Positions 42,661-53,882 are shown, counted from the stretch's first letter. The stretch: 64,000 nt of DNA from Anaerolineae bacterium (GCA_029907105.1 JARYMM010000005.1:8563-72562), one strand, 5' to 3'. Numbers and translations are program-made. Notes: generated by a model not told the origin, from the letters alone.

Positions 42661-43706
42661 GTTTGGATTTCCACCTTTGCCCCCATCCGCTCCAGGGCCC
42701 AGGCGGCGTGCTGGCGCAGCAGCGGTTCAGGGTCGCCCAGGGCCTTGCTCAAAGCGGGCAACGCCGCCGGGTCGCCCCAGTTGCCCAGGGCCACGGCCAC
42801 ATTGCGCAGCAACCCTCGCCGCCTGGCCCGCTCGATGGGGCTGCCCCGGAAGCGGCGGCGGAACCCCTCCTCGTCCAGGGCCATCAACTCCAGCAGCGAC
42901 GGTTGCCTCAAGCCAGGGCGCGGCTGCAAGGCAGGATCGCCGGCCGGCTGGCCGAAGCGGAGGTTCCAGGGACACACCTCCTGGCAGAGGTCGCAGCCGA
43001 AGATACGCCGACCCAACGCCGGGCGCAGCTCCTCAGGGATGGCCCCTTTCAGCTCGATGGTCAGGTAGGCCAGGCAGCGGCGGGCATCCAGCAGATACGG
43101 CTCGAGGAGGGCACCGGTGGGGCAGGCGTCCAGGCAACGGGTACAGGTGCCGCAGCGCGGGGCAGTCCACGGCTCATCTGGCGGGAGCTCGATGGTCAAC
43201 AGCAGTTCTCCCAGCAGCAGCCAGGAGCCAAAGCGGGGGTGGATCAGGCAGCAGTTTTTGCCGATCCAGCCCAACCCCGCCCTCATGGCCAGTTCCCGTT
43301 CCAACAGCGGCGCGGTGTCCACGCAGGCCCGCCCCAACAGTTCCGGCGGCTGGCCCGTTTCCGCTGCCAGCCACTCGCGCAGGGCCAGCAGCCGGCGCAT
43401 CATGACCTCGTGGTAATCCTCGCCGCGGGCGTAGCGGGCGATGAGGCCATGGCCGGGCAGCAGGGGCCCTTCATCAGGCCAGAAGCTGTTGAGGCCGACG
43501 ACGAGGATGGAACGGCAGCCGGGCAGCAAGGTGCGCGGGTCGCGCCGCTCCTCGACCCGCCGCACCAGGTAACTCATCTCGCCGGCATAACCGGCCTCCA
43601 CCCAGCGGGCATAAAACTCGGCCTGCGCGCTGGGCACGGCGGCGCAGATGCCGGCCACATCAAAGCCCAGAGCGAGAGCCCGCTGCTTGAGTTGGTCTTT
43701 CGTCAT
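42654..43706 (-). CDS. queG: Epoxyqueuosine reductase
   Basis: ARYARGEDYH, VDTAPLLER, CGTCTRCLDACPTGA, FGCDLCQEVCPWN, RNVAVALGN. Confidence 0.93.
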   Translation of the reverse strand: MTKDQLKQRALALGFDVAGICAAVPSAQAEFYARWVEAGYAGEMSYLVRRVEERRDPRTLLPGCRSILVVGLNSFWPDEGPLLPGHGLIARYARGEDYHEVMMRRLLALREWLAAETGQPPELLGRACVDTAPLLERELAMRAGLGWIGKNCCLIHPRFGSWLLLGELLLTIELPPDEPWTAPRCGTCTRCLDACPTGALLEPYLLDARRCLAYLTIELKGAIPEELRPALGRRIFGCDLCQEVCPWNLRFGQPAGDPALQPRPGLRQPSLLELMALDEEGFRRRFRGSPIERARRRGLLRNVAVALGNWGDPAALPALSKALGDPEPLLRQHAAWALERMGAKVEIQTQ

Positions 43707-43754
43707 CCGTCGTTCGTCCGATAGACGACGCAAAGCACCATGGCGTCGCCCACC

Positions 43755-45158
43755 TCAGCGTTCCTGGCAGATTCTCTCCGACGGCGCATAGATGCCCGGC
43801 ACAGGGAAACGGTCGCAGATCTCGGCCACCCGTTGCCGCACCCGTCCGTACACTGCCTCGTCGCCCAGGTTGTGGATCACGGCGGCGATGAGTTCGCCCA
43901 GTTCCTCCATTTCCGTCTTGCCGAACCCCCGCGTGGTGACGGCCGGGGTGCCGATGCGGATGCCACTGGCCACCCGTGGCGGCCGTGGGTCGAAAGGAAT
44001 GGCGTTCTTGTTCACCGTGATGCCCACGGCGTCCAGGGCCTCCTCCGCTTCTTTGCCGGTGACCCCGGCCACGCCCACGTCCACCAGCATCAGGTGATTG
44101 TCCGTGCCGCCGGAGACCAGCCGCAGCCCGGCGTCCTGCAGCGCCTGAGCCAATGTCCTGGCGTTGTCCACGATGCGCTGCAGGTAGTAACGGAACTCCG
44201 GCCGCAGCGCTTCGCCGAAGGCGGCAGCCTTGGCGGCGATGCAGTGCATCAGCGGCCCGCCCTGCATGCCGGGGAAGATGCTCTTGTCCACGGCCTGGGC
44301 GTACTTCTCCTTACACAGGATCAGGCCGCCCCGCGGCCCGCGCAGCGTCTTATGCGTGGTGGAGGTGACGAAGTCGCAATGAGGCACAGGGCTGGGGTGC
44401 AGGCCTCCGGCCACCAACCCGGCGATGTGGGCGATGTCGGCCATCAGGTAAGCGCCCACCTCGTCGGCGATTTCGCGCAGGCGGGCAAAGTCAATGAGGC
44501 GCGGATAGGCGCTGGCCCCGCAGACGATCATCCGCGGCCGCACCTCTCGCGCCTGCTGGGCGATAGCTTCGTAATCGAGGGTTTCCGTCTCCCGCGCCAC
44601 GCCATAGGGGTGCACCTCGAACAATTTGCCGGAGAAGTTGACCGGGCTGCCGTGGGTCAGGTGGCCGCCGTGGGCCAGGCTCATGCCCATGATGCGGTCG
44701 CCTGGCGAAAGCACGGCGAAGTAGACGGCCATGTTGGCCTGGGAGCCGGAATGGGGTTGTACGTTGGCGTGTTCGGCACCGAACAGTTGTTTGGCGCGGT
44801 CAATGGCCAGTTGTTCCACGATGTCCACGTACTCGCAGCCGCCGTAGTAGCGATGGCCGGGGTAGCCCTCGGCGTACTTGTTGGTGAGCACCGAGCCCAG
44901 CGCTTCCAGCACGGCGGCGCTGACGTAGTTCTCCGAGGCGATGAGCTCGATCTTGTTCACCTGGCGCAGGGCCTCTTTCTGGATGGCCTCGGCCAGCTCG
45001 GGGTCGCTCTGGCAAAGGGCCAGCTCGGGCTTGCCGCCCAGAAAGCTCCAGGCGATGCCCAGCTCGAAGGGGGCCATCCGCACTCGCTCTTCCAGCGTCG
45101 TCCACAGGTGGTGGAGATCGTCCAGCCGCTTCGTTCCCCCAACGTGATCGCGTGTCAT
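43755..45158 (-). CDS. glyA: Serine hydroxymethyltransferase
   Basis: [49 protein letters not shown] before ATG 45158. Confidence 0.95.
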   Translation of the reverse strand: MTRDHVGGTKRLDDLHHLWTTLEERVRMAPFELGIAWSFLGGKPELALCQSDPELAEAIQKEALRQVNKIELIASENYVSAAVLEALGSVLTNKYAEGYPGHRYYGGCEYVDIVEQLAIDRAKQLFGAEHANVQPHSGSQANMAVYFAVLSPGDRIMGMSLAHGGHLTHGSPVNFSGKLFEVHPYGVARETETLDYEAIAQQAREVRPRMIVCGASAYPRLIDFARLREIADEVGAYLMADIAHIAGLVAGGLHPSPVPHCDFVTSTTHKTLRGPRGGLILCKEKYAQAVDKSIFPGMQGGPLMHCIAAKAAAFGEALRPEFRYYLQRIVDNARTLAQALQDAGLRLVSGGTDNHLMLVDVGVAGVTGKEAEEALDAVGITVNKNAIPFDPRPPRVASGIRIGTPAVTTRGFGKTEMEELGELIAAVIHNLGDEAVYGRVRQRVAEICDRFPVPGIYAPSERICQER

Positions 45159-45202
45159 ACTCTTTCCTCCCGCCATCTCAGTTGTGCCCATGCCCGCAAA
45201 GG

Positions 45203-45234
45203 CAACGCCCGGCGGACGAATCCACCGGGCGTTG
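45203..45234 (-). terminator. Hairpin downstream of tRNA-Asn
   Basis: CAACGCCCGG...CCGGGCGTTG followed by a weak U-tract. Confidence 0.5.
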
Positions 45235-45332
45235 TGGGTCTTGAAGACATGGACAAGTCCATCCGCTGCGCATGCGGAAACGCTTTACTTCAGGCTCCGC
45301 GGGGAGGACTCGAACCTCCAGCCAACCGGTTA

Positions 45333-45698
45333 CGTCTACCCCTGTGTTTCCACAGGGAACGGACTATCTCATCACCCCAGAGGGGTGCGGGGCGCTCGAG
45401 GGTGGCTTATCGGTCGGGCTCCTCACCACCTAGTCTCTGCACCTTCCTGGCTACCCAAGGCCCTTTGGCCAGGCTTGGCTCAGGGTTACCACCACCCGAA
45501 GTGCTGAGGCTTCCCTGCTAGGCGTACTTTTTTAGTTCCTTGAGTTATCGAATTGACCGAGTTCTTTTTGGTTGTCAGGCTTCCTTCTCCGTCTAAGACG
45601 CCTGCCAACCAAGCAGCGTCCGCGATGTTCATGCTGCACGCCTAGTTTGATTCACCCCGTTTTTCCTCTAGCCATTGCTGACTAGGGCTGCCAACCTG
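45333..45698 (-). ncRNA. Group I intron (IC3-like), 366 nt, at anticodon position 35/36
   Basis: P1 GGCUGU/GCAGCC with U.G pair at the splice site; P2 GCAA hairpin; P3 CGGGGUG/CGCCCCG; CAGGGAA and AACCCUGAGC (P4); GUGCAGAGACUAG and GAGAUAGUCC (P7); P9 GAAA hairpin; terminal omega-G. Confidence 0.92.
45486..45632 (-). pseudogene. LAGLIDADG homing endonuclease remnant (48 codons) inside the intron
   Basis: MNIADAAWLAGVLDGEGSLTTKK...; WLAGVLDGEGS matches the LAGLIDADG helix. Confidence 0.75.
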
Positions 45699-45875
45699 AC
45701 AGCCGGTCGCTCTGCCAATTGAGCTACCGCGGAACGATCACTTTGCATAGCCAATTATACTCAAAATGGCGATTTCGTCAAATCAGAAAGTGACCGTGAT
45801 CAGGGAGGGATCGGTTTCTTCCTGATCCCTGATCACCGATCCCTGATCTCCGGTAGATGCACGTGACTACGTCCG

Positions 45876-47132
45876 CTACGATGCAAGGTAGTCCCGCAGC
45901 TTGCGGCTGCGCAGGGGATGGCGCAGTTTGCGCAGGGCTTTGGCCTCGATCTGCCGCACCCGCTCGCGCGTGACCCCAAAGGCCTCGCCCACCTCCTCCA
46001 AAGTGTAGTAGCGGCCATCCCGAAGCCCATAACGCATCTCCAGCACATCGCGCTCCCGCTCGCTCAGCGATTCCAGGATCTCGCGCATGTGCTGCTTGAG
46101 CATCTCGCGGGAAGCAGCGTCCGCCGGCCCGGGCAGCTTCTCGTCCTCGATGAAATCGCCCAGGTAACTGTTATCCTCGCTGCCCACCGGCGCTTCCAGG
46201 GACATCGGCTCCAGGGAGATGCCAGAGATGCGTTGTACCTTGCTCTCCGCCCGCCGCCAGCGCCACTCCAGCGCCGGGTCCAGGGGCTGGTCATAGGTCA
46301 GGGCCTCCGCAATGGCCTGCCGATCCTCCGCCGACAATAGCCCCATCTCCAGAGCGATCTCCTCAGCCGTTGGCTCCCGCCCATACTCCTGGGCAAGCTC
46401 CTGCCTGATCTCCCGCACGCGGGCGATCTGTTCGTGCATGTGTACAGGCACACGGATAGTACGCGCCTGATCGGCAATGGCCCGGCTGACCGACTGGCGT
46501 ATCCAATAGGTGGCGTAGGTGCTGAACTTGAAACCGAGTGAGGGATCGAACTTCTCCACGGCTCGCAGCAGGCCAAGGTTCCCTTCCTGGATCAGATCGA
46601 GGAGAGACATCCCGCCCCGGCCGGCGTAGCGTTTGGCCTCACTGACCACCAGCCGCAGGTTAGCCTGCGTCAATTGCTGTCGGGCACGCTGCCCCGCCTG
46701 CACCTGCTCTTCGAGCATGGCACGCTCGTCTGCGGGGACCTCCCCCTGTCCCAGCCTCTCCTTAGCCGCATTCCCCTGTTGAATGAGCCGGGCCAACTCC
46801 AATTCTTCTTCAGCGCTCAGCAGGCGGTGACGACCGATCTCCCGCAGGTACATACGCACCGGGTCGGCCGCCGCGGTGAAATCGCCCGCGCTCTCCAGAA
46901 CCTCCTCCAGGAGCTGCTGCTCGTCCTCCTCGAAGGTCATATCCGTCTCGTCGGCCTCGATTCTCGACCTCAAAGCTTTCACTGCCCGCGCCTGATCGCC
47001 GTTATCCCGGCGCGCCGACGGCGACTCGGAGACGCCGGAGGACGTTGGAGCATCGTCTGTATTCTGTTCCGACCCGGGAAGAGGCAGGGGCACGGATTGT
47101 TCTCCCTGCTCTTCCTCAGACCTCAACGTCAT
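45876..47132 (-). CDS. rpoD: RpoD/SigA-family sigma-70 factor
   Basis: [65 protein letters not shown]; downstream of dnaG; start uncertain. Confidence 0.88.
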   Translation of the reverse strand: MTLRSEEEQGEQSVPLPLPGSEQNTDDAPTSSGVSESPSARRDNGDQARAVKALRSRIEADETDMTFEEDEQQLLEEVLESAGDFTAAADPVRMYLREIGRHRLLSAEEELELARLIQQGNAAKERLGQGEVPADERAMLEEQVQAGQRARQQLTQANLRLVVSEAKRYAGRGGMSLLDLIQEGNLGLLRAVEKFDPSLGFKFSTYATYWIRQSVSRAIADQARTIRVPVHMHEQIARVREIRQELAQEYGREPTAEEIALEMGLLSAEDRQAIAEALTYDQPLDPALEWRWRRAESKVQRISGISLEPMSLEAPVGSEDNSYLGDFIEDEKLPGPADAASREMLKQHMREILESLSERERDVLEMRYGLRDGRYYTLEEVGEAFGVTRERVRQIEAKALRKLRHPLRSRKLRDYLAS

Positions 47133-47237
47133 CTTTACCCTCACCGCTTCCCACAGGTCAACCAGCAGGCCGGCTTGCAGGTTCAAGCCCGCGCTTCGAT
47201 TGGCCTGAGCACAACCCTCCCCTGGCCACGAAAGCGC

Positions 47238-49172
47238 TCACAGAGCCCTCCGTCGTCCGCTCCAGGTACGTTCATTCAAAACCTGCTGCAATCGCCCCAT
47301 CTCGGCGGTGTACTCCTGCACGGTCTTCCCGTACTCCGCCACTGCCTGGCCGTCACCTTCCCCTTGCGCCTCCTCCAACAGGTAACGCAGCTCGGCCAGG
47401 CGGCGGCGCAGCCGGCCCAGGCGCAGGCGCAGGACCACGTTGACCAGATCGTCGGCGGCCTGCGCTTCCGGAAGGGAGGGCAAAGCACTTCCGTAGCTCA
47501 GCAATTGCCGCCACCGCTCCTGTACGGGAGCTTCCAGTCCCTCCTGGAAGGCCTCCGCATCCCAGGCTTGATCGGTCACCTGAGCCTGCAACAAGGCGTC
47601 AAACACCTCCTGATCCACCACCTGGCTGAAGTCGGCGCTGGACAGGGGGCGCACCTGAAGCGCCTGCAAGCGGACATCCAGTTCGGGCAGCAACTCGGGC
47701 CACTGCAGCAACTGAGCCAGGCAATGCGCTTCCGCTTCCAGGCGACGAAAAACGCCCGCCTCACGGGGCACTGCTTCTTCCTCAGCGGGAAGCGGCGGCC
47801 CGGGCCGTTCCTGGCGACGCCTGGGGCGCAGCACCTGGCTCTGCACAATCTGCTCGTCCACCTGCACCTGCCGCGCCAGCTTCTGTATGTAGTGCGCTCG
47901 CTCGATGTCGTCGGCGACCTCGCGGATGAGCGGGGTCAGGCGGTCCACCGCCTCGGCCTTCCCCCAGGCCGTGCTCAGGTCCAGTTCGTCCGTCACCAGG
48001 CGCATGAAGTAGTCCACCACCGGCTGGGCCTCGTCCACCAGTTGCGCCCAGCGTTGGGGATCGGCGCGGATCACCTGGTCCGGGTCCTGGCCCGGCGGCA
48101 GGGTCATGATGCGCAGTTGGGCCTCCAGCCGTTCCTCGAAGCGGATCAGGCCGCCGGCCGTCGGCGTGGGCACCCAGGTGCGGTCCAACGCTTCACGGGC
48201 CTGTTGCACGCCGCGCAGCGTGGCCGCCTGGCCGGCAACGTCGGCATCCAGGGCCAGGATGAAGCGAGAGGTGTCGCGCTTCAGCCGCCGAAGCTGCTGC
48301 TCGGTGAGGGCCGTGCCCATGGTGGCCACCACGTTGGCGAAGCCGTGCTGGTGGGCCGAGAGCACATCCATGTAGCCCTCGACGATGACGGCAGCACCGG
48401 CGGCGCGAATGGCCTGCCGCGCCGCGTGCAGGCCGAAGAGCTCCCGGCTCTTGTCGAACAGAAGGGTCTGGGGCGAGTTAATGTACTTGGGCTGAGCGCG
48501 CTCGTCCGCTTCCCGCCCACCCGGCAAAAGCCGCGCCCCGAAGGCGATGGGCCGGCCGCGCAGGTCGTGGATAGGGATCATCAGCCGGTCGCGAAAACGG
48601 TCATAGTAGGTGCCATCCGAGCGAGGGATGATGAGTCCGGCCGCTTCCAGGTCGGCAGGGGCATAGCCCTGGCCCCGCAGGTGGTGCTGCAGCGCTTCCC
48701 AGGCGTCGGGCGCATAGCCGAGCTGGAACCGTTCGATGGTTTCCGAGGAGATCTGCCGCTGCGCCAGGTAGGCGCGGGCCCGTTCCCCCTCGTTGCCCAG
48801 CAGCAGGCGGTGGTAGTAGGCGGCCGCGGCGGCGGTGATCTCCAGCAGCCGCTGGCGGCGCTGCTCTTCCACCGAGCTGGCCACGGTGGGGCGTTCCAGG
48901 GAGACACCGGCCATGGGCGCCAGCATGCGCAGCGCCTCGCCGAAATCCACGTTCTCCCGCTTCATGATGAAGCTGAAGAGGTCGCCGCCGGTGCCGCAGG
49001 CACCGAAACAGTGCCAGGTGCCGGTATCCGGGAAGACGACGAAGGAGGGCGTTTTTTCGCTGTGGAAAGGGCAGAGTCCCTTGTAGTTCCGTCCCGCCTT
49101 CTTCAGCGGCACGTAACGGGACACCACCTCCACGATATCCAGCCGCTCCTTGATCTCGTCTACAACGCTCAT
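47238..49172 (-). CDS. dnaG: DNA primase
   Basis: CPFHSEKTPSF...CFGAC zinc finger, DRFRDR, KYINSP, VEGYMD, DADVAG, DPD. Confidence 0.96.
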   Translation of the reverse strand: MSVVDEIKERLDIVEVVSRYVPLKKAGRNYKGLCPFHSEKTPSFVVFPDTGTWHCFGACGTGGDLFSFIMKRENVDFGEALRMLAPMAGVSLERPTVASSVEEQRRQRLLEITAAAAAYYHRLLLGNEGERARAYLAQRQISSETIERFQLGYAPDAWEALQHHLRGQGYAPADLEAAGLIIPRSDGTYYDRFRDRLMIPIHDLRGRPIAFGARLLPGGREADERAQPKYINSPQTLLFDKSRELFGLHAARQAIRAAGAAVIVEGYMDVLSAHQHGFANVVATMGTALTEQQLRRLKRDTSRFILALDADVAGQAATLRGVQQAREALDRTWVPTPTAGGLIRFEERLEAQLRIMTLPPGQDPDQVIRADPQRWAQLVDEAQPVVDYFMRLVTDELDLSTAWGKAEAVDRLTPLIREVADDIERAHYIQKLARQVQVDEQIVQSQVLRPRRRQERPGPPLPAEEEAVPREAGVFRRLEAEAHCLAQLLQWPELLPELDVRLQALQVRPLSSADFSQVVDQEVFDALLQAQVTDQAWDAEAFQEGLEAPVQERWRQLLSYGSALPSLPEAQAADDLVNVVLRLRLGRLRRRLAELRYLLEEAQGEGDGQAVAEYGKTVQEYTAEMGRLQQVLNERTWSGRRRAL

Positions 49173-49354
49173 GGCTACGCCTTATGGAAACAAGCAGACA
49201 AGGAACCCGAAGCCTGTCACCTTCGGATCCGCCAATGTACAAGCAAAGACATTATACTGGAGTCCGCTCTGGGTGTCAAAACCTTGTGCCTCGAAACCTG
49301 GAGCTATAGGCCAGGGGGAGCACAGGTTGGAATCCAGCCCACCATGGCCACCGC

Positions 49355-52300
49355 TCAGCGCTTCCCCTCCGGCGGGGCAGCGTAGACCACACCCCGCTGC
49401 GGGTCCACAGCCAGGCCAAAGGGATTGGCCGGCCCTTCAGCGGGCCGCCTCTCCAGCCACTTCGCCGTGAGCGTGGAGAAGACCTGCAAGCCGGCCGCGT
49501 CGCTGACGTAGAGCCGCTGCCGCGCCGGGTCTACGGCCAACGCATGGGCGCCATCCAATGGGTGCTCCAGGTCGGCGGCGATGAGACCCACCTGCTCACC
49601 GCTGCGGCCGTCGAGGATGGCCACGTTGCGGTAACGCGGGGCCAGCAGATAGAGGACGTAGACGCGGCCTGTGGCGGTGTCCACGGCGACGTCCTGTGGG
49701 AAGCCCAGGCCGCCCAGCGCGGTGCGGGCGATGACCTCGTCCCGCGTGGTGTCCACGACGGCCAGTTCGTCGCTGCCGGCCAGGGCCACGTAGACGCGCT
49801 GGCCGTCGGCGCTGGCGGCCAGAGCGTATGGCGCCGGCCCCAGCTTGATCTCCCCGCGCCGCTCGGCGGTCTTGCCGTCCAGGATGACCAGGCGATCGGC
49901 GCCGGTCTCGGCGACGAAGAGCCGTTCATTGGCCAGGGCCAGGCCGCTGGGCCGGTACAGGCCGCGGGCCTCGGCCAGGTACTCGCCGCTGCGGGCGTCG
50001 AGCACGGCCACGCTGCCCGGCTGCCAACTGGCCACGTACAACCGCCCGGCAGCAGTGTCCAGGGCCATTCCCCGCGGCTCTTGCCCGATGGCCGCCCGCG
50101 CCAGCACCGCACCGCTGGCGGGATCGCTGATGGTCAGCAGGCCATCGCCGGCGGCGTAGAGCCAGCCGGTGTGCGGATGGACGAGCAGGCTATGGGCTGA
50201 GCCGATAGCCCCGGCGAGGGAAAGCGCCGCCCGCCCGGCAGGGCGGCTGGCTGTCACCGCGGCCAAACCGCGGCCGATCAGTGGCAGATACATGTGGTAA
50301 GGCAGGGCGCGCACGCTGAGGAAGTAGTGATGACCCTTGCAACTGCCAGCGACGGCGCCGGCGGAGCGCACCTGCACGTAGGCGATGTGATCGCCAGGGG
50401 CATGCCAGAGGAGGCAGGAGCGGGGCTGGCCCTGACAGTCGTCGTTTTCCGCAAGCTGGGTCTGCCCGTCGGGGCCGAACAGCGTCAGCAGGGTATCCGC
50501 CTGGGGGCCCAGCATGAGCGTCTCGATCAGGTAGGAAACGCCCGCCTGGGCAGAGAAGACCACCCAGTCCTCGTCCAGCGTGTGATGGAAGTGATGATGC
50601 TGCAAACTGCCATCGGTGGAGATCGGCGAAGCCTGGGCCGGGCCGTCGTCGGGCTCCCACTCGTCGGGCGTACAGGTGGGCAGCGGCGTGGGCGAGGGGG
50701 TGGGAGTGGCCGTTGGCGTCGCTGTCGGCGTCGCCGTGGGCGTGGGCGTGTGCGTCGCCGTTGGCGTGATCGTAGGCGTGGGGGTGTACGTGGGCGTGGC
50801 CGTGGCCGTCGGCGTTCGCGTCGGCGTGGGCGTGATGGTCGGCGTAGGCGTGATCGTGGGCGTGGGCGTCTTCGTCGGCGTGGGCGTGATCGTCGGTGTG
50901 TGCGTGCCCGTCGGCGTGGAAGTGGCCGTCGGCGTCGCCGTGACCGTGGGCAGGGGCGTTGGCGTGCTCACCGGGCCGCTGTCCTGGATGATGGTGATGG
51001 TGTCGTCGTCGCTGTTGGCCACGTAGATGCGGTTGGTGGCCGGGTTGACGGCGATGCCCTCCCCCGCGCCGCGGCCTACAGGCAGCCAGGCCAGCCACAG
51101 GTGCGTGTGGCCATCGAAAATATGCAGTTGCTGCGTCTCGGCGCATACCGGGAAGAAGTGCCCTGTGTTGGGATTGGCGGCCACGATGTAGGGGGTACAG
51201 TTCAGCGGGATCTCGTTGACCACCGTGTCGGTGGTGGTGTCAATCACCGTCACGCTGCGGCCGTCGCGGTTGGCGGTGTACAGCCGTCCACGCGCCGGGT
51301 CGAGAGCGATGCCGTAAGGGCCGCCGCCTACAGGGATGCTCTTCAGCAGCATACCGCTGGCCCCATCGTAAACGCCCACCGTGTGCACCTGGTGGTTGGT
51401 GACGTAAACCTTGTTGCTGAGCGGATGGCGGACAACCATGGAAGGCTCGCCGCCGGCAGGCACGGCAATGAGCTCCATGTTGCCCGGCCCATCCACCAGC
51501 GACAGGGTGTTGGAGCCGAAGTTGGCCACGTAGACCATGCCGCTGGCCGGGTTGACCTCCACGCCGTCCGGCTGATAGCCCACGGGGATGCTCACGGGCA
51601 GGCCGCCGCCGGCGGGCACGGCCACCACGTCGTCGGTGAACTTGTTGGCCACGTATAACCGCCGCCGCACGGGGTCGAAAGCGATGCCATTGGCCCCATA
51701 GGAACCGCCCAGGTGCAGGGTGCCCGTGATCGTGTCTGTGGAGCCATCAATCACAGAAACGTTGCCGCCCCAGTGGTTGGCGACGTAGATCAGATTGCGG
51801 TGAGCGTCCACGGCCAGGCCATGTGGACGTAGCCCGGCCAGGATCGTCTTCACCGGCACGGCCACCGGCGTGGCCGTGGCTGTGGCCGTCGCCGTTGGAC
51901 TGGGCGTGGCCGTCGGCGTGCGGGTGGGCGTCCGCGTCGGCGTGAAGGTGGGCGTGGGCGTTGCCGTCGGAGTCCTCGTCGGCGTCGCCGTGGACGTGGG
52001 GCTGGCTGTAGGTGTGCTCGTCGGTGTCGGCGTGACCGTTGGCGTGTTCGTGGGCGTGGGCGTGTTTGTCGGCGTCGGCGTGATGGTGGGCGTGGGCGTC
52101 ACCGTGGGCGTCGGCGTGACCGTCGGCGTGTCTGTGGGCGTGGGCGTGTTCGTCGGCGTCGGCGTGATGGTCGGCGTGGGCGTGTGGGTAGGCGTATGGG
52201 TCGGCGTAACCGTCGGTGTGGCCGTCGGCGTGGGTGTGGCTGTGGGCGTATCGGTTGGTGTGGGCGTGTGGGTGGGCGTATGGGTCGGCGTAGCCGTCGG

Positions 52301-53845
52301 TGTGGCCGTCGGTGTGGGCGTTCTTGTGGGCGTGGCCGTGCTCGTGGGCGTGGGCGTGCTCGTGGGCGTGGGCACGATGACAGAGACAGGGGCCACGCCG
52401 TAGCGCGGGGTGATGGTGGTGTTGCTGGCTGTGGCAGCGACGTTATTGTAATAGGTGCCGCCGGCGCTGGCCGCCGTGGCCCGGAAAATGATCACCAGAT
52501 TGCCGTAGGCGTAGGGAGAGCTCTTGTCCAGCGACTGCACGGCCCCGTACTGCTCGTGTGGGTCGCCGCCGGCGGTGAGCCAATCCCACTGGATCCAGTT
52601 GCCCTGCGGGTCGGACAGTTCATAAGGGCAAATGCCCACCACCTCCGGCCAGGCGATCCAGTAGTCGCGGAAAGCCCGCTTGATGTAGTCGGCACGGTTG
52701 CCTTCGTTGATCGTGGGGTAGCCTTCCCAGTTGAAGGTGCCGTTCCAGAGATCATAGCCTGTCTCCGTGAGCAATACCCTGACGTAGGGACGTCCCAGGT
52801 CGGCCAGGCGCTGCACCTCCCGGCGGTAGCTGTCAATGGTCAGTTGCGGGTAAGTGGCCGTGCCGCGGTGGATGTTGTACTCTGGGGGATGATTGCTGGG
52901 ATAAGGATGGGCCGACCAGAGGTCCCAGGCCCACAGCGAGTTAGGCACGTTGCTGACCATCTGATTGATGAAGGTCAGCGGCTCGATATTGCCGCCGGGC
53001 GAAAGGCCGCCGTTGAGCAGGACGATGCGGTTGTCGCCCAGGGCGCGGATGGCTGCCGCCGTCTGTTCCAGGAAATGGCCATACTCCACCGCATTGGCGG
53101 CATTGCCCCACTCGATGTTCAGGTTCGGCTCGTTCCAGATTTCGATGTACAGTTGGTGGCCGTCGCGGCGCGGCAGACCGGCCACCACCCGCTGAAAAGC
53201 GCTGGCAATGGAACTGTAATTGCCCGGCCCGTCGGCGTACGGCTTGTGCCAGAAGGAGCCGCCATGCTCGCCCTGCAAACGGATCACCGGCTTGAGCCCG
53301 CGGTCGTAGGCAGCATTGATGAAGTCCACCCAGCAGGGCTGCGGCCCGTGCGTCTGGGGGGTGATGCCGTAGAAGAGCTGCTTGACCCAGGCCCCGGAGC
53401 CCATCAGCTCGCGCACGCGATCCAGTTGCCAACTGAAGTACCAGGTCTCACAGCGCTCCTGGACGAAGGTGTGCATGCCGTAGAAGCTGTCGCCGCGCCG
53501 GGCGGGGACGGAGAGGTTGCTCCAGGTGAGGTCGCGGCCGCTGATGCTGGGATTGGCGCTGCTGATGAGGATGCCGTTGGCGTAGATGCGGCTGGAGCCG
53601 GACTGGCAGCTGAAGCCGCCGGGCAGGGTGTCCACCACGGCCACACCCTGGGCGGCCACGTCGCCGGAGTTGGTCAGGGTGATGGTGTAGGTGACGGTGC
53701 CGCCGGGCCCGGTCGAGCTGGGGTAGACCGATTTGCTGAGGGTGACCACTGGCCAGGGCACGGCCGGCGCGGCGGCAGCGCTTTGTCCCCCCACCAGCAG
53801 CGACAGACAGAGCAGCGGCCAGAGCCAGCGGGTTCTTGTGGCCAT
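49355..53845 (-). CDS. Secreted modular protein: DUF11, clan-A glycoside hydrolase, PT linkers, YVTN propellers, PPC-like domain
   Basis: Signal peptide; IEIWNEPN and LLTETG catalytic-type motifs; YVAN repeats; DEWEPDD...DEDW module. Confidence 0.85.
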   Translation of the reverse strand: MATRTRWLWPLLCLSLLVGGQSAAAAPAVPWPVVTLSKSVYPSSTGPGGTVTYTITLTNSGDVAAQGVAVVDTLPGGFSCQSGSSRIYANGILISSANPSISGRDLTWSNLSVPARRGDSFYGMHTFVQERCETWYFSWQLDRVRELMGSGAWVKQLFYGITPQTHGPQPCWVDFINAAYDRGLKPVIRLQGEHGGSFWHKPYADGPGNYSSIASAFQRVVAGLPRRDGHQLYIEIWNEPNLNIEWGNAANAVEYGHFLEQTAAAIRALGDNRIVLLNGGLSPGGNIEPLTFINQMVSNVPNSLWAWDLWSAHPYPSNHPPEYNIHRGTATYPQLTIDSYRREVQRLADLGRPYVRVLLTETGYDLWNGTFNWEGYPTINEGNRADYIKRAFRDYWIAWPEVVGICPYELSDPQGNWIQWDWLTAGGDPHEQYGAVQSLDKSSPYAYGNLVIIFRATAASAGGTYYNNVAATASNTTITPRYGVAPVSVIVPTPTSTPTPTSTATPTRTPTPTATPTATPTHTPTHTPTPTDTPTATPTPTATPTVTPTHTPTHTPTPTITPTPTNTPTPTDTPTVTPTPTVTPTPTITPTPTNTPTPTNTPTVTPTPTSTPTASPTSTATPTRTPTATPTPTFTPTRTPTRTPTATPSPTATATATATPVAVPVKTILAGLRPHGLAVDAHRNLIYVANHWGGNVSVIDGSTDTITGTLHLGGSYGANGIAFDPVRRRLYVANKFTDDVVAVPAGGGLPVSIPVGYQPDGVEVNPASGMVYVANFGSNTLSLVDGPGNMELIAVPAGGEPSMVVRHPLSNKVYVTNHQVHTVGVYDGASGMLLKSIPVGGGPYGIALDPARGRLYTANRDGRSVTVIDTTTDTVVNEIPLNCTPYIVAANPNTGHFFPVCAETQQLHIFDGHTHLWLAWLPVGRGAGEGIAVNPATNRIYVANSDDDTITIIQDSGPVSTPTPLPTVTATPTATSTPTGTHTPTITPTPTKTPTPTITPTPTITPTPTRTPTATATPTYTPTPTITPTATHTPTPTATPTATPTATPTPSPTPLPTCTPDEWEPDDGPAQASPISTDGSLQHHHFHHTLDEDWVVFSAQAGVSYLIETLMLGPQADTLLTLFGPDGQTQLAENDDCQGQPRSCLLWHAPGDHIAYVQVRSAGAVAGSCKGHHYFLSVRALPYHMYLPLIGRGLAAVTASRPAGRAALSLAGAIGSAHSLLVHPHTGWLYAAGDGLLTISDPASGAVLARAAIGQEPRGMALDTAAGRLYVASWQPGSVAVLDARSGEYLAEARGLYRPSGLALANERLFVAETGADRLVILDGKTAERRGEIKLGPAPYALAASADGQRVYVALAGSDELAVVDTTRDEVIARTALGGLGFPQDVAVDTATGRVYVLYLLAPRYRNVAILDGRSGEQVGLIAADLEHPLDGAHALAVDPARQRLYVSDAAGLQVFSTLTAKWLERRPAEGPANPFGLAVDPQRGVVYAAPPEGKR

Positions 53846-53882
53846 TCCTTCCCCTCCGTTTTCTGTTCCAGCGGCCTATAGC

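Larger units (their letters stand above)
45295..45733 (-). tRNA. tRNA-Asn(GUU), intron-containing (exon 1 45699-45733, exon 2 45295-45332)
   Basis: Joined exons give the 73-nt TCCGCGGTAGCTCAATTGGCAGAGCGACCGGCTGT^TAACCGGTTGGCTGGAGGTTCGAGTCCTCCCCGCGGAG with a full cloverleaf; CCA not encoded. Confidence 0.93.

Noticed and set aside
45160..45294. ZTP or THF riboswitch upstream of glyA
   Set aside because: No recognisable consensus; only a hairpin following the tRNA
45696..45733. tRNA-Asp(GUC) reading or tRNA fragment as an att site
   Set aside because: The C after GU is the first intron base (U.G splice pair, omega-G at 45333); the joined exons give GUU with an Asn-type acceptor stem; no integrase nearby
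51870..52403. Val/Gly-rich ORFs (VGVGV...) here and at 59389-61776
   Set aside because: Antisense translation of Pro/Thr linker codons
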